Shown: positions 32,916 through 43,557, numbered from the stretch's first letter. The stretch: 64,000 nucleotides of DNA from Flavobacteriales bacterium (GCA_025451235.1 JANWKT010000013.1:81317-145316), one strand, 5' to 3'. A program made the numbers and translations. The notes: a model not told the origin generated them from the letters alone.

Positions 32916-33025
32916 CAGTTCGAAAATTAGGGGAATTGAAATATTCCTCTCAAAGTTAAAAAAAATTGGTCATAAAAATGGTCCACCCAAATTACACTGG
33001 TGGTTAAAAGAGGTGTAATAATCCA

Positions 33026-34135
33026 TTATAACTGATCCATAATCATCATGAGCTTATCATGTACATGAATGCTCCGCTCTGTATTCAATTTGGCAAACCG
33101 GGTGATGATGATATTTTTCTTGGGATTCACAATTACATATTGACCCCATAAGCCGGCTGCATAATAATAACCATAATCCTTCGGGCCTAACCACCAGCCA
33201 TATTCATTGTCCCAAGCCGAACGTTCTCTTAAATCCCATTTGATCATCTCGTTATACCAGGCTTCGGAAAAAATGGTATCTCCATTCCATTTGCCTTTAT
33301 TCAGCATGAGCCTACCCAATTTGGCAAAATCACGGTTCAATCCGGCCATGCAACAAAATGATTTAATCGTATTGCTTTTTTTATTGTCAACACTCCATTT
33401 CATTTCATGTTCTGCTCCGATCTTGTTCCATATTCTTTCTGCAAAATAATCCTGGAATTTTTTACCGGTTGCTCTTTCAATAATGATCGATACCAATTGG
33501 GTATTGCCATTTTTATAACTGAAACGCTGACCCGGAGGTTCACTTACGGATACATATCCTTTTACATTGTTGAGATTTCTTTTATAATACATAAAAGAGA
33601 GACTGCTGAATTTTAATCCGGAAATATGATTGATGAGGTGACGGATCTTGATCAACTCCATCCCTTTTTTACCTTTTAGTTCCGGAAGATAAGTGATCAC
33701 CAAATCTTCAGCACTTTTAATATATCCATCCTCAATAGCACATCCTAAGGCAATCCCCACAAACGCTTTGCTTACCGAAAAAGAGGAGAGTATGCTCGAC
33801 TCTTCATAGTTATCTCCATAATATTCATAGAGTACCGAATCGTTTCGGATAATGCTGAACGCAACAGTTGGACCATCCATTAAATATTCCTGTAAGCTAA
33901 TGGGATTTCCATTGTTCTGACTGGTGCGTACCAATAATTTCGTGCCTAAGGTTACCCGGTTTTCGGCTTCATAAAAACAAAATTGGTTGCAACTCCTCGG
34001 GATTTCTGCATGCCCGAATGATTTCCATGAGTTGATATCGGGAGCACCCATTTGCAAACGCATATGGTACATGCTACAACTGGTAAGGCTTAATACAACA
34101 AGGGTTGTGAATAATATGTATAGATGGTTTTTCAG
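33026..34135 (-). CDS. Beta-lactamase-like serine hydrolase lipoprotein (probable CTG start)
   Basis: SVSK, YKN, LGRLMLNKGKW, AAGLWGQ; frame is open upstream of ATG 34072 and gives CTG-KNHLYILFTTLVVLSLTSC. Confidence 0.82.
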   Translation of the reverse strand: MKNHLYILFTTLVVLSLTSCSMYHMRLQMGAPDINSWKSFGHAEIPRSCNQFCFYEAENRVTLGTKLLVRTSQNNGNPISLQEYLMDGPTVAFSIIRNDSVLYEYYGDNYEESSILSSFSVSKAFVGIALGCAIEDGYIKSAEDLVITYLPELKGKKGMELIKIRHLINHISGLKFSSLSFMYYKRNLNNVKGYVSVSEPPGQRFSYKNGNTQLVSIIIERATGKKFQDYFAERIWNKIGAEHEMKWSVDNKKSNTIKSFCCMAGLNRDFAKLGRLMLNKGKWNGDTIFSEAWYNEMIKWDLRERSAWDNEYGWWLGPKDYGYYYAAGLWGQYVIVNPKKNIIITRFAKLNTERSIHVHDKLMMIMDQL

Positions 34136-34262
34136 AAACTGGTTTTTTGCGACTGTGAAGATAGTGAACAGATGTTTGCCAGTTATGATGTATTTGCTGA
34201 ATTTTAGGACATGGTCGTTAAAAAAGGTGAAGGGAACTTGAAAGTGAAGGATTGAGGCTTAT

Positions 34263-35414
34263 TTAAAAACTTAATCTCAAATAATATATATATGTTTTTT
34301 GGAATTGACCGCTGAACCAGGTGATATCCGGATTAGAAAGCTCATTGGTGTAGTTCAACACATAATAATTATTTTCATCAATCGCTACCACGGCAGGAAA
34401 TGCATTGTCACCACATCCAGGTAGATCCATTACCCAATCGAAATCTTTAACCTCCGTATTCAATCTATACAAGGCAGTGGTTTTGGGGGTAAAAGAATAA
34501 CTGGCCAGGTTCACGGTTCTTCGGATCCCGTCTGGCATCCATCCAGGGGCTTTTTCGGCATTCCCACCCCTGTTTCGTCTTGCTACCAGGTAAATATCTT
34601 TTCCATGTCGAAACATGCAGGAGCTGTCGTATTTCTTTTTGGTATGGTACATTTTCCATGTGGCCAATGAATCCTTATCTGCATAACATAACATGGCACC
34701 TTCTCCTTCTAATCGGACAATGCACCACATATTTCCTGCTTCATCAAATTCAAATTCACCTTCCTCAGAACCGGTAACAGATATTTGTGGTTCTTCACTA
34801 ATAGGTTTCCAATGGATCCCATCTTCCGAATCAAATAAGCGTAATTGTGCCTGATGAGCTCCGTATAAATTTTTGCCCCAATAAGCCGAGAACAATGGCT
34901 TACCATTATGTATCTTCAATCTCCAGGGAACATAACCGTCCATTCCAGGAGCAATGCGGTCCACCCATTTTCCCCGTCCGACCGAATCATTCAGGCCGGC
35001 ATCTTCTACGGTACTTATCCAAATATGTTTAGGATCAAAAGAGTACATCACCTTTGCTCCTTCGAAGCAATAAAAAAAGAGTTTTTCTTGATATACTAAA
35101 AACCTGGGTTCCCGCAAATCGGAACCTGTTTTGAAACTATGTTCGAATTTCCAGTTTATAAAATCCTTGGAGCTGATGATATACATCACTGCTTCTTTAT
35201 CAGGAAAGTGAACACGTGCTGATCGCCAAGCCACATAATAGGTATTGTTGAATTTTATGATGTCAACATTGTTGTTGGATCTATTGCAGATGATATTGGA
35301 AGGTAAAGAGGGGGAAGGGATGAGAAGGGTGGGTTCGGAAATGGTGGGATTGGTGTTGGAGTATAAATTCCAACATAGGAAAAAACAGATCAGGGTTAAA
35401 AAGTATTTTTTCAA
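34263..35414 (-). CDS. Hypothetical exported protein, probable beta-propeller
   Basis: Signal peptide; SKDFINW and SEDGIHW Asp-box-like motifs, DLREPRF. Confidence 0.65.
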   Translation of the reverse strand: MKKYFLTLICFFLCWNLYSNTNPTISEPTLLIPSPSLPSNIICNRSNNNVDIIKFNNTYYVAWRSARVHFPDKEAVMYIISSKDFINWKFEHSFKTGSDLREPRFLVYQEKLFFYCFEGAKVMYSFDPKHIWISTVEDAGLNDSVGRGKWVDRIAPGMDGYVPWRLKIHNGKPLFSAYWGKNLYGAHQAQLRLFDSEDGIHWKPISEEPQISVTGSEEGEFEFDEAGNMWCIVRLEGEGAMLCYADKDSLATWKMYHTKKKYDSSCMFRHGKDIYLVARRNRGGNAEKAPGWMPDGIRRTVNLASYSFTPKTTALYRLNTEVKDFDWVMDLPGCGDNAFPAVVAIDENNYYVLNYTNELSNPDITWFSGQFQKTYIYYLRLSF

Positions 35415-35512
35415 TTTGAAGGGTTGTTAGGCAAATGTAAGTAAATTCTTGCTTTGCGTCACGTGACTTCACCGAAAGTAAGCCCTATCTGGTACGAAGA
35501 GAAAACAAAAAC

Positions 35513-35923
35513 CTATCCCACATTCTTCACGGCCCCTACAATGGTGGCAATAAAAGTACCGAAGGCCAGTACCCGGATAAACTTGGCGCTGATAAAATTT
35601 TTAATAAAAGCCGAAGGAAAATTCAATTGTTTTAATCCCTTGATATAAACAGAGGCAACGATCATGAAAATAAAAAGATAGATCACCACATAGCCGGAGA
35701 TCAGGATGACTGCATCTACATCCAGGGTGAACAGGGTGGCCAAATAAGCCAGGGCCAATATTAAGTTAGCTGTTGAGTTTCTTTTTCTCAGTTTTTGAAA
35801 ATGGGTTTGCAACAATTCTATCTGCTCGGCAGATAACATGGTTACCCCTTTTGCATCGATACGTCTTTCAATAAATATGCCGGCGATATAAAAAGCAATT
35901 CCGGTTAAAAAAAGATAACTCAT
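35513..35923 (-). CDS. Hypothetical membrane protein
   Basis: Several hydrophobic helices. Confidence 0.65.
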   Translation of the reverse strand: MSYLFLTGIAFYIAGIFIERRIDAKGVTMLSAEQIELLQTHFQKLRKRNSTANLILALAYLATLFTLDVDAVILISGYVVIYLFIFMIVASVYIKGLKQLNFPSAFIKNFISAKFIRVLAFGTFIATIVGAVKNVG

Positions 35924-35941
35924 AGTTGGAAGTTAGAAGAC

Positions 35942-35997
35942 CGAAGCTTGAAGTCGGAAGACAAAGATTAACTTCGGTCTTCCGGCTTCAAGCTTCG
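35942..35997. repeat. Long hairpin (20/21-bp arms) after thiolase
   Basis: cgaagcttgaagtcggaagac / gtcttccggcttcaagcttcg. Confidence 0.8.
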
Positions 35998-36000
35998 TGC

Positions 36001-37179
36001 TTATTGCATATTTTCAATTACCATGGCCGAAGCACCGCCTCCTCCATTACAAATTCCTGCAGCCCCGTATTTGGCCTTATTCTGTTTCAACACATTGATC
36101 AAAGTAACAATGATCCTTGCACCGGATGCGCCCAAGGGATGTCCCAATGAAACAGCCCCACCATTTACATTCACTGTTTCAGGTTTTAATTTCATGATTT
36201 GGCAATTTGCGATACCCACCACTGCAAAAGCCTCGTTCAATTCATAATATTGTATGTCATCCATTTTCAATCCTGCTTTTTCAACAGCTTTCGGAACTGC
36301 TTTCGATGGTGAGGTGGTAAACCATTCAGGTGCTTGCTCAGCATCTGCATAGGATCTGATCACTGCCAAAGGTTTGATGCCTAATTTCTCCGCTTTTTCT
36401 TTGCTCATCAATACCAACGCAGCGGCTCCGTCATTCATGGTACTTGCATTGGCTGCAGTTACCGTTCCTTCTTTTAAAAAAACAGGTCGCAACGAAGGGA
36501 TCTTATCGAACATTACATTTTTATATTCTTCATCCTCGGCAAATTCAATATCACCTTTTTTAGTGGAGATGGTTACCGGGATCACTTCATCCTTAAATTT
36601 TCCTGCTCCCCAGGCTGCAGCCGATCTTTTATAACTTTCAATCGCAAAAGCATCTTGCGCTTCCCGGCTGATCTTATATTCTGATGCGCAAAGTTCTGCC
36701 GCATTTCCCATAGGATAGTTATGGTAAACATCCGTTAATCCATCTTTTGCTAAACCATCCACCAATGTACTGTTGCCGTATTTTCCACCCCAACGGGCAG
36801 TTTCTGCATAGTAGGGCACCTGGCTCATATTTTCCATTCCGCCTGCAACGACTACATCTGCATCGCCCAGCATAATAGATTGTGCACCCAGCATAATGGA
36901 TTTCATTCCACTGGCACATACTTTATTTACGGTAGTGCAATTTACGTTATCTGGTAATCCAGCAAACTTGGCGGCCTGGCGTGCAGGAGCTTGTCCAAGG
37001 TTGGCTTGTAATACAGATCCCATATATACTTCCTGTACTTCTTTGGGATCGAGTTTTATTTTTTCCAATGCTCCTTTAATGGCAGCAGCCCCTAAACGGG
37101 TAGCGCTGGTTCCGGCTAAGGTTCCACCAAACGAGCCCATGGCTGTTCTAACGGCGGAAACAATATATACTTCTTTCAT
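36001..37179 (-). CDS. Acetyl-CoA C-acetyltransferase (thiolase)
   Basis: NKVCASG, GGMENMS, NEAFA, GHPLGASG, CNGGGG. Confidence 0.95.
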   Translation of the reverse strand: MKEVYIVSAVRTAMGSFGGTLAGTSATRLGAAAIKGALEKIKLDPKEVQEVYMGSVLQANLGQAPARQAAKFAGLPDNVNCTTVNKVCASGMKSIMLGAQSIMLGDADVVVAGGMENMSQVPYYAETARWGGKYGNSTLVDGLAKDGLTDVYHNYPMGNAAELCASEYKISREAQDAFAIESYKRSAAAWGAGKFKDEVIPVTISTKKGDIEFAEDEEYKNVMFDKIPSLRPVFLKEGTVTAANASTMNDGAAALVLMSKEKAEKLGIKPLAVIRSYADAEQAPEWFTTSPSKAVPKAVEKAGLKMDDIQYYELNEAFAVVGIANCQIMKLKPETVNVNGGAVSLGHPLGASGARIIVTLINVLKQNKAKYGAAGICNGGGGASAMVIENMQ

Positions 37180-37401
37180 GTTCTGTTTTTATAATGGTGC
37201 CACGAATTTAATAAATAAGGAACTAGATCGGGTAAATTTTATGTTTTTTATGGTTAGCGGTTCTTTGTTGCATGGGGTTCCAGCTTTCGCGGGAACCCCA
37301 TGGTGTGGAGCTATTCCAATGAGATCCTTTTCAAAGCCAGCTATCGCTTCTGCTGCTGATTCGGATAAAATCTTCCTATCTTTAGGGTCATACATCTATT
37401 C

Positions 37402-38976
37402 ATGCGCCTCTTACATATACAAATCTGCTTTTTTTGTTTGTTCATCACTCAACTCTCGAGCCAGTCGTTGATCCCCATTTTTAATAATGAGAAGATCGGT
37501 TTTATGAATAGTGAGGGGCAGGTGATCGTTGAGCCGATTTGGTCCAATGCAACCCGATTTTCTGAAGGATTGGCCTCTGTAAGGCGAACAGAAAAGTACG
37601 GATATATCAACGAAAAAGGGAAAATGGTGATTGCGGAACAATTCGACTTTGCCTTGCCTTTTAGAAATGGGAGGGCCGTTGTTTATATGGATGGAGAGAA
37701 AAAAGAAATTGATCAAACCGGGAAATTTATTCCAACCGAAGAGGAAGTGATCCTGGGTCATCTGGCGAAGTTCGGCATCAAAGAATTTGCTTTTATCAGT
37801 AAATTCCCATATTGTAATTATACCATTGTATACCTGGAGAAAGGTTTATATGGTAAAAGACCTGTCTTGTTCGATAAGGATCTGAATCCGGTTTCACAGC
37901 CAGATCAATACGATGCGATCAATTGGGGATATAACAACTATTGCCAGGCAATGTATCCCAACTCTATAAAGGCGGATATATACGACGGCAGCGGAAAAGT
38001 AGTTTTTACGATCCATGAAAAGGATACTATTTATATAGAAAGATTTTTTACGGTTGATTCTATGTTGGTAGTTAATCCTGCTAGCCAAAAAAAATATTGG
38101 ATCAACAGGAACAGGAAAATACGTCCATCTACCATTTCATTGGATGATTATATTAGTTCGACCATTCGTAGGATCAATCCAGAAAATATGTATAGCTATA
38201 TGAGCTATGTAGGCAGGATTGGTGATCGGCATTATTTTAAAGGATCGAGGACCTCCAATAACGGATATTCCAATTATTTATTCCTGGGCGATGGGACCCT
38301 TCTTTTTGAGGAAAAGGATTTTAATTGGGGTGATGTTTATGGTGAACAGGAGGAAGATGTGATTGTATTTGAGTCGGAGATCAGTCAAACCGTTTTTAAT
38401 AAAGCAGGAAAAATTATCTACAGAAACGTAAAAACTAATTTTCAACAAAACCCTGATAAGAAAATTTATCAGAATTATCGATGTGAGGTGGATTCTATTC
38501 ATCCAAAAAATTTTACGAAAGATATTTGGGTGGATACTACCTTTATCGAAAAGAGAGTTACCTGGGGTGGTACACATTCTCTTCAGGATCATTATCGGTT
38601 CTACCTAAATCCAACCTACTATGCCAACCTGGTCTTTAAGCAGAAATCCAAGTCCTTTATCACTTCTAATGCTATGATAAGCATGGAATATTTTTACAAA
38701 GGCCAATGGATGTCAATTACCATGAATCCCCATAAATGCTTTGCAGACTTTCCCAATGAGTTCAAGGCCGATCAGCTTTATTTTGCTCAGGTCCCTATTT
38801 ATGGTGGAGATCTTCATTTACCTTGCAGAATACATATAAAAATAGTTGGAGGGGAGGGAGAGATCCTGTTTGATTTGTTCTCCAACCCATTTTATAACCA
38901 CATCAATTCCAAAGTTTTTAACGGTACCTACGATCCTTTTTCCAATTTTGATGATTTTGTTTATCATATCTATTGA
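37402..38976 (+). CDS. WG-repeat-containing protein
   Basis: KIGFMNSEG, FSEGLASV, KYGYINEKG, FRNGRA repeats. Confidence 0.8.
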   Translation: MRLLHIQICFFCLFITQLSSQSLIPIFNNEKIGFMNSEGQVIVEPIWSNATRFSEGLASVRRTEKYGYINEKGKMVIAEQFDFALPFRNGRAVVYMDGEKKEIDQTGKFIPTEEEVILGHLAKFGIKEFAFISKFPYCNYTIVYLEKGLYGKRPVLFDKDLNPVSQPDQYDAINWGYNNYCQAMYPNSIKADIYDGSGKVVFTIHEKDTIYIERFFTVDSMLVVNPASQKKYWINRNRKIRPSTISLDDYISSTIRRINPENMYSYMSYVGRIGDRHYFKGSRTSNNGYSNYLFLGDGTLLFEEKDFNWGDVYGEQEEDVIVFESEISQTVFNKAGKIIYRNVKTNFQQNPDKKIYQNYRCEVDSIHPKNFTKDIWVDTTFIEKRVTWGGTHSLQDHYRFYLNPTYYANLVFKQKSKSFITSNAMISMEYFYKGQWMSITMNPHKCFADFPNEFKADQLYFAQVPIYGGDLHLPCRIHIKIVGGEGEILFDLFSNPFYNHINSKVFNGTYDPFSNFDDFVYHIY

Positions 38977-39082
38977 TAATTTTCAATCTTTGGTAAAAAA
39001 GAATGGAGATCTTATGATCTCCATTCCAAATAAACTCTTTACCCATGGTTTCATACAAGAAACCACCAAGTAAAGCAGCTGA

Positions 39083-40981
39083 CTACTCTTTTATAAACCG
39101 TGCCGTGTTTATACCATTGAGTGTTTTTATCTGAAGCATATAAACTCCTGAGGCAAGCTGTTCCACCGAAAAATGAGTTTTTGTTTCTGTTTGCACAAGT
39201 GATCCCATGATATCATAAATGAAAATACTTTCTATGGTTTCATTTGTTTGAATGGTTAATGAAGAGGCTGTTGGATTTGGATAAACAGCGATACTTAAAT
39301 TTTCATTCGTCTCATTTATTCCGGCGGTGGTAACATTAAAACAGATCGAAGTATCAACACAGGACATGAATGAAATAACTGCCGCATAGTCACCATTCAT
39401 GGTTGGCGTAAAGGATTGATTGGTTTCTCCTGCTATAGGTGCATATCCATTGTTACAATCTACCCATTGCACCGGACCACTCACCACATCAACGGTAAGG
39501 GTCCCTCCTGTTTGTGAAACACCTGCCCCCATATAGCATGTAAATATTTTAAACAAATAGGCATCGTTACCCGCTACAGGTGTTAAATTAAACACGGGTG
39601 CATCCGAATCGAAATCAGCCACATCACCAAACATTCCGTTGGTATAAATATTGCCATCATTATCCACTTCTATACCACCTACTACTTCGTAACCAATGCC
39701 ACCAAATTGTTTGGCCCAAACAAAGTTTCCGCTCGAAGTTAATTTAGTAATATAAACGTCACTGCTGCCGAAAGGGGAAAGATTATAAGTACCTACTCCC
39801 GGATCAAAGTCAGTTAAACCACTTTCAAATCTTCCTGTTATATACATATTGTTGTATTTGTCCAAAGCCAATCCATCGCCATGCGTATCGCTGCTGGCAC
39901 CAACCAACATGCCTGCCCAAATAAAGTTTCCTGATGCATCTAATTTGGATACATAAGCGGCATAACCATTGGGTGAGTTGAGGATATTATCGTTACTTCC
40001 TGGATCAAAATCCATGGATGCTTCAAAATTTCCTGTTGAATAAACATTTAGATCTTTATCCACTTCTATATCGAATCCATAACCCTGGAATGCTCCGTTG
40101 AAGGCTGCGGCCCAAACATAACCTCCACCATTATCCATGCGTACAACAAAAGCATCACCGTTGGGTTCACCTATTAATTTCATGGTATCACCAGGGGCCA
40201 TACTTGGATTAAAATCAATGGTATCTGTAAAATAACCGGTGATAAAAATATTTCCTGCTGCATCCACGTCCATTCCATAAGGAACTACATCACCTTCGGA
40301 GCCCCCCATTTGTCTTACCCATAATAAATTTCCATTTGGATCCAGTTTTTGTACAAACATGTCATAAGAACCTATGGCGGTTAAATTATTTGCACCGGCT
40401 CCCGGATCGAAATCGGATGTACCGACAAAAGGTCCAGTTGCATAAATATTTCCAATTGAATCAGTACCCATCGCATTGTTGCGGTCAATTCCGCTATAAC
40501 CTGTACGCTGAATGGCCCATAAAAAATTCCCAGCCGAATCCAGCTTTACTGTAAATGTTTCTCCTCCTGATGTAGAAGTCATATTATACGTTCCTGCACC
40601 GGGATTGAAGTCAACTGTGCCATCGAATATTCCTGAACAGATCACATTGTCATCTTTATCTACGGTAATAGAAACCGAAAAATCGCCCCAGTTCGCTCCA
40701 AACTGTGCAGCCCATAGATAATTTCCTGATGCATCCACTTTGCATAAATATATATCACCATTTCCGGCAGTTGTAAAATTAACGATGGGAACTCCAGGAT
40801 TAACATCAATAACCGTCGTAAACTGACCAATTGTATAAACATTTCCATTGCCATCAGTAGCCACTGCGGTACCACTCTCTCCCCCCGTTCCTCCAAATTG
40901 TTTTGCCCATTCAAAACTTTGTGCATTCGAACTGATGCTTAGACCAATTCCTAAAATACCTGTAAGTAAATATTTGTTCAT
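39083..40981 (-). CDS. T9SS-secreted SBBP-type beta-propeller protein
   Basis: Repeated DxxGNIYxTGxF...DFDPG...KLDxxGNxxW units; YPNPT...RFIKE C-terminal domain. Confidence 0.85.
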   Translation of the reverse strand: MNKYLLTGILGIGLSISSNAQSFEWAKQFGGTGGESGTAVATDGNGNVYTIGQFTTVIDVNPGVPIVNFTTAGNGDIYLCKVDASGNYLWAAQFGANWGDFSVSITVDKDDNVICSGIFDGTVDFNPGAGTYNMTSTSGGETFTVKLDSAGNFLWAIQRTGYSGIDRNNAMGTDSIGNIYATGPFVGTSDFDPGAGANNLTAIGSYDMFVQKLDPNGNLLWVRQMGGSEGDVVPYGMDVDAAGNIFITGYFTDTIDFNPSMAPGDTMKLIGEPNGDAFVVRMDNGGGYVWAAAFNGAFQGYGFDIEVDKDLNVYSTGNFEASMDFDPGSNDNILNSPNGYAAYVSKLDASGNFIWAGMLVGASSDTHGDGLALDKYNNMYITGRFESGLTDFDPGVGTYNLSPFGSSDVYITKLTSSGNFVWAKQFGGIGYEVVGGIEVDNDGNIYTNGMFGDVADFDSDAPVFNLTPVAGNDAYLFKIFTCYMGAGVSQTGGTLTVDVVSGPVQWVDCNNGYAPIAGETNQSFTPTMNGDYAAVISFMSCVDTSICFNVTTAGINETNENLSIAVYPNPTASSLTIQTNETIESIFIYDIMGSLVQTETKTHFSVEQLASGVYMLQIKTLNGINTARFIKE

Positions 40982-41062
40982 CTGTTTTATTTTATTGGTT
41001 AATAAATCTTGTGGTTGTTGCTTTATGGTCGACTGTTAGTTGAAGGAAGTTAATCCCATACA

Positions 41063-41133
41063 GCAAGGATACAGCTAAATGAAGGGATTTTCTGTCCACA
41101 TTTCAGCAATGGACGATTGGGTTCAGGAATGGA
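41063..41133 (-). promoter_or_regulatory. Putative LytTR tandem boxes plus TATCCTTG promoter box
   Basis: ttcagcaatgga (41102) and ttcaggaatgga (41122); gcaaggata at 41063-41071. Confidence 0.65.
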
Positions 41134-41188
41134 AAAAAAAATCACCCACCAGGGCTGATGGGCGATCTTACTCACATGATGAAACGTA

Positions 41189-42340
41189 CTATTCTTTTAT
41201 AAAACGGGTACTGCCCATCGTACCATTTGCAGTTTTTATTTGTAATATATAAACACCTTCGGAAAGATCTTCTACCGAGAAAATATTTTTTGTTTCTGAT
41301 TGCACCAATTCACCCAACATATTATAGATAAATGCCGTCTCCATTTTTTCTTTCGAATCTATATTCAATATTTGGGAGGTTGGATTGGGAAATACGGATA
41401 CTTGTAAATTTTCATTCATATCATTCATGCTGGCAGAACCGGCGGTGTACTTATAAATGTATCCATTACCTCCAACCGCGTAGCCCACCGTGGTGGATGG
41501 AAAATGAATGGAAAGTAAATTAACGGGACATACTCCGGTTTGAGCAGTCCAGGTAGTTCCTCCGTTTGTGGTTGACAAAACATCTCCACCACTAACTGCC
41601 CAACCATGTGTATTGGAAGCAAAATGGATTGATGCGATATGGGTAGTGATCCCGGAAGTTTGTGGATTCCAATTAGCCCCACCATCTGTAGTGTGTAGAA
41701 TAACACCACCATTTCCGGCTATCCACCCTTCGCTTTGCGATACAAATGAAATACTGTTTAACCCTGAAGCAACTCCTGATGGCTGCACTGTCCAATTGGT
41801 TCCTCCATCTGTTGTTTTGGAAATTGTTCCAACCTGATCTACCACCCAACCATGTAATCCTGAAAATTCGCAATCGGCCATGTTAAGAGCAGAAGTTGAA
41901 TGAGGATTCCAATTTGCCCCACCGTCGCCTGATACCGCAAAACCTCCCATTTCTCCACATACCCATAAATTTGATGCATCCATCCAAACTCCTGTTAAGT
42001 TCAACGGAGCCCCTGTTGGAACTCCTGTCCAACTAGCTCCACCATCGGTTGTTCTTAATACCATTCCGGCGGTACTGGTTACATAACCATATCCTCCAAC
42101 AAAGTGTACGTCGGATATGGCAGTACTTATTCCTGAAGTTTGTGTAGTCCAGGTTGTTCCTCCATCAGTAGTTGCCAAAATAACTCCTCCGGTTCCAACC
42201 GCCCATCCCGTTGTGGCTGAACTAAAGTAAACTGAACTGAGACCCGCTGATGTGCCCGATGTTTGTGGTGTCCAAGATTGTGCATTGGCGAAAAAAAATG
42301 TTGAATAAAGAATAGATGCTGATAGTAGTAGTTTTTTCAT
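41189..42340 (-). CDS. T9SS-secreted YCF48/BNR-repeat protein
   Basis: Repeated TTDGGxxWxxQxSG; FPNPT...RFIKE; start at MKKLLL. Confidence 0.87.
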   Translation of the reverse strand: MKKLLLSASILYSTFFFANAQSWTPQTSGTSAGLSSVYFSSATTGWAVGTGGVILATTDGGTTWTTQTSGISTAISDVHFVGGYGYVTSTAGMVLRTTDGGASWTGVPTGAPLNLTGVWMDASNLWVCGEMGGFAVSGDGGANWNPHSTSALNMADCEFSGLHGWVVDQVGTISKTTDGGTNWTVQPSGVASGLNSISFVSQSEGWIAGNGGVILHTTDGGANWNPQTSGITTHIASIHFASNTHGWAVSGGDVLSTTNGGTTWTAQTGVCPVNLLSIHFPSTTVGYAVGGNGYIYKYTAGSASMNDMNENLQVSVFPNPTSQILNIDSKEKMETAFIYNMLGELVQSETKNIFSVEDLSEGVYILQIKTANGTMGSTRFIKE

Positions 42341-42363
42341 GATCTTCTGTTTTAATTTATACC

Positions 42364-42434
42364 GCAAGGATATAGTATACTTGAGTACGGAGGCGCTTGT
42401 TTTTAACGAATGGACAATTGGGTTCAGGAATGGT
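42364..42434 (-). promoter_or_regulatory. Putative LytTR tandem boxes plus TATCCTTG promoter box
   Basis: ttaacgaatgga (42403) and ttcaggaatggt (42423); gcaaggata at 42364-42372. Confidence 0.65.
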
Positions 42435-42456
42435 GGTTGGGGCCCGGGGTGAAGCG

Positions 42457-42661
42457 GCCCGCCCGAACGTATCGTTCGATACGGGCGGGCATCCTTTTTT
42501 TGGTTTTTTTATTTGCTATGCGATTCTGTTCTTCGCTGCAGGGGGCCCCATCTGGAGATGGGGATCATTTTTAAAATCATAGCAGCGCTTCGAACCACCG
42601 CCGGTGGTTCGAAGCGCTGCTATAAAAAGTTGATCGGATTCCCAGCTCCAGCTGGGATCCC
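42457..42661. repeat. Cluster of GC-rich palindromes
   Basis: gcccgcccg...cgggcgggc; ccccatct..agatgggg; perfect 22-bp arms at 42579-42623; ggattcccagc..gctgggatcc. Confidence 0.8.
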
Positions 42662-42737
42662 CTGGATTGAAAGAAAAAGCCACCCATGTAAAAACGAAAA
42701 AAAGATACAGCGGAGCACCGGTAAAGCCGCCCAAAAT

Positions 42738-43481
42738 CTACGAAGTAATCGCCGCTTCGAACTCTGCCTTTTTGTATTTGGAAAGTTTTGCCACCAATCC
42801 GTTGCTGAGTTGTATAGATAACTCCGATTTTGAATAATGCTGAATAAATTTTTTGTTGATCAACCACGATTTATGTACCCTGATAAATTTGGGCAGACTT
42901 TCAAGGACAGTCTCGAAATGTTTCAGGTTTTTGCTGGCCACATAGTTTTTACCCGTTGTATGGATCGTACAATACGATTCCTGTGCCTCAATAGCCATTA
43001 TATTTTCAATGGCAATAATATGCTGCTGCCCTTTATCAGTTACTACAATATTTTTAAGCTCTTTGGACTCTAAAGTATTGCTCAATAATGATAAACGTTC
43101 GGCCTGTTGTTCAATGGCATGTTTTTGTTGTACCCTGTCAACGGCCAGTTTTAGGCGGCCAATATCCACGGGTTTTAGCAAATAGTCAATGGCTGCAATT
43201 TCAAATGCACGGACCGCATGTTGATCGTAAGCCGTTACAAAAATGATATCAAAATTGATCTCTTTAAAAAAACTCACTATTTCGAAACCTGCATAGTTGG
43301 GCATTTCAATATCCAAAAATACCAGGTCTGGCTTTTCCCGGTTGATCACCTCTACCGCCTGCACTACATTTTCGCATTTGGAAATGAGTTCAACTTCGGG
43401 ACAAAAACGTAATAGGAGGTTTTGAAGTACGTCTCTTGCACTTTCCTCATCATCTACCAATATGGCCCTTAGTTTATTCAC
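42738..43481 (-). CDS. LytTR family response regulator
   Basis: ILVDDE, FLDIEMP, FVTAY, DYLLKP receiver; FIRVHKSWLIN LytTR domain; GTG start preferred because TTG 43490 lies inside a TAAGTTTG promoter box. Confidence 0.93.
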   Translation of the reverse strand: MNKLRAILVDDEESARDVLQNLLLRFCPEVELISKCENVVQAVEVINREKPDLVFLDIEMPNYAGFEIVSFFKEINFDIIFVTAYDQHAVRAFEIAAIDYLLKPVDIGRLKLAVDRVQQKHAIEQQAERLSLLSNTLESKELKNIVVTDKGQQHIIAIENIMAIEAQESYCTIHTTGKNYVASKNLKHFETVLESLPKFIRVHKSWLINKKFIQHYSKSELSIQLSNGLVAKLSKYKKAEFEAAITS

Positions 43482-43486
43482 CGGTT

Positions 43487-43557
43487 GCAAACTTATTATA
43501 AGAGAGGGGGTATTTTATTTTTAATTCAGCAATCATCGTATTTGGTTCAGCAATGGA
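43487..43557 (-). promoter_or_regulatory. Putative LytTR autoregulatory boxes plus TAAGTTTG promoter
   Basis: ttcagcaatcat (43525) and ttcagcaatgga (43546); gcaaactta at 43487-43495. Confidence 0.6.

Noticed and set aside
42397..42867. Short ORFs over palindromic DNA (also 46453-46782, 58494-58744, 62061-62366)
   Set aside because: They coincide with repeat elements and have no protein-like features.
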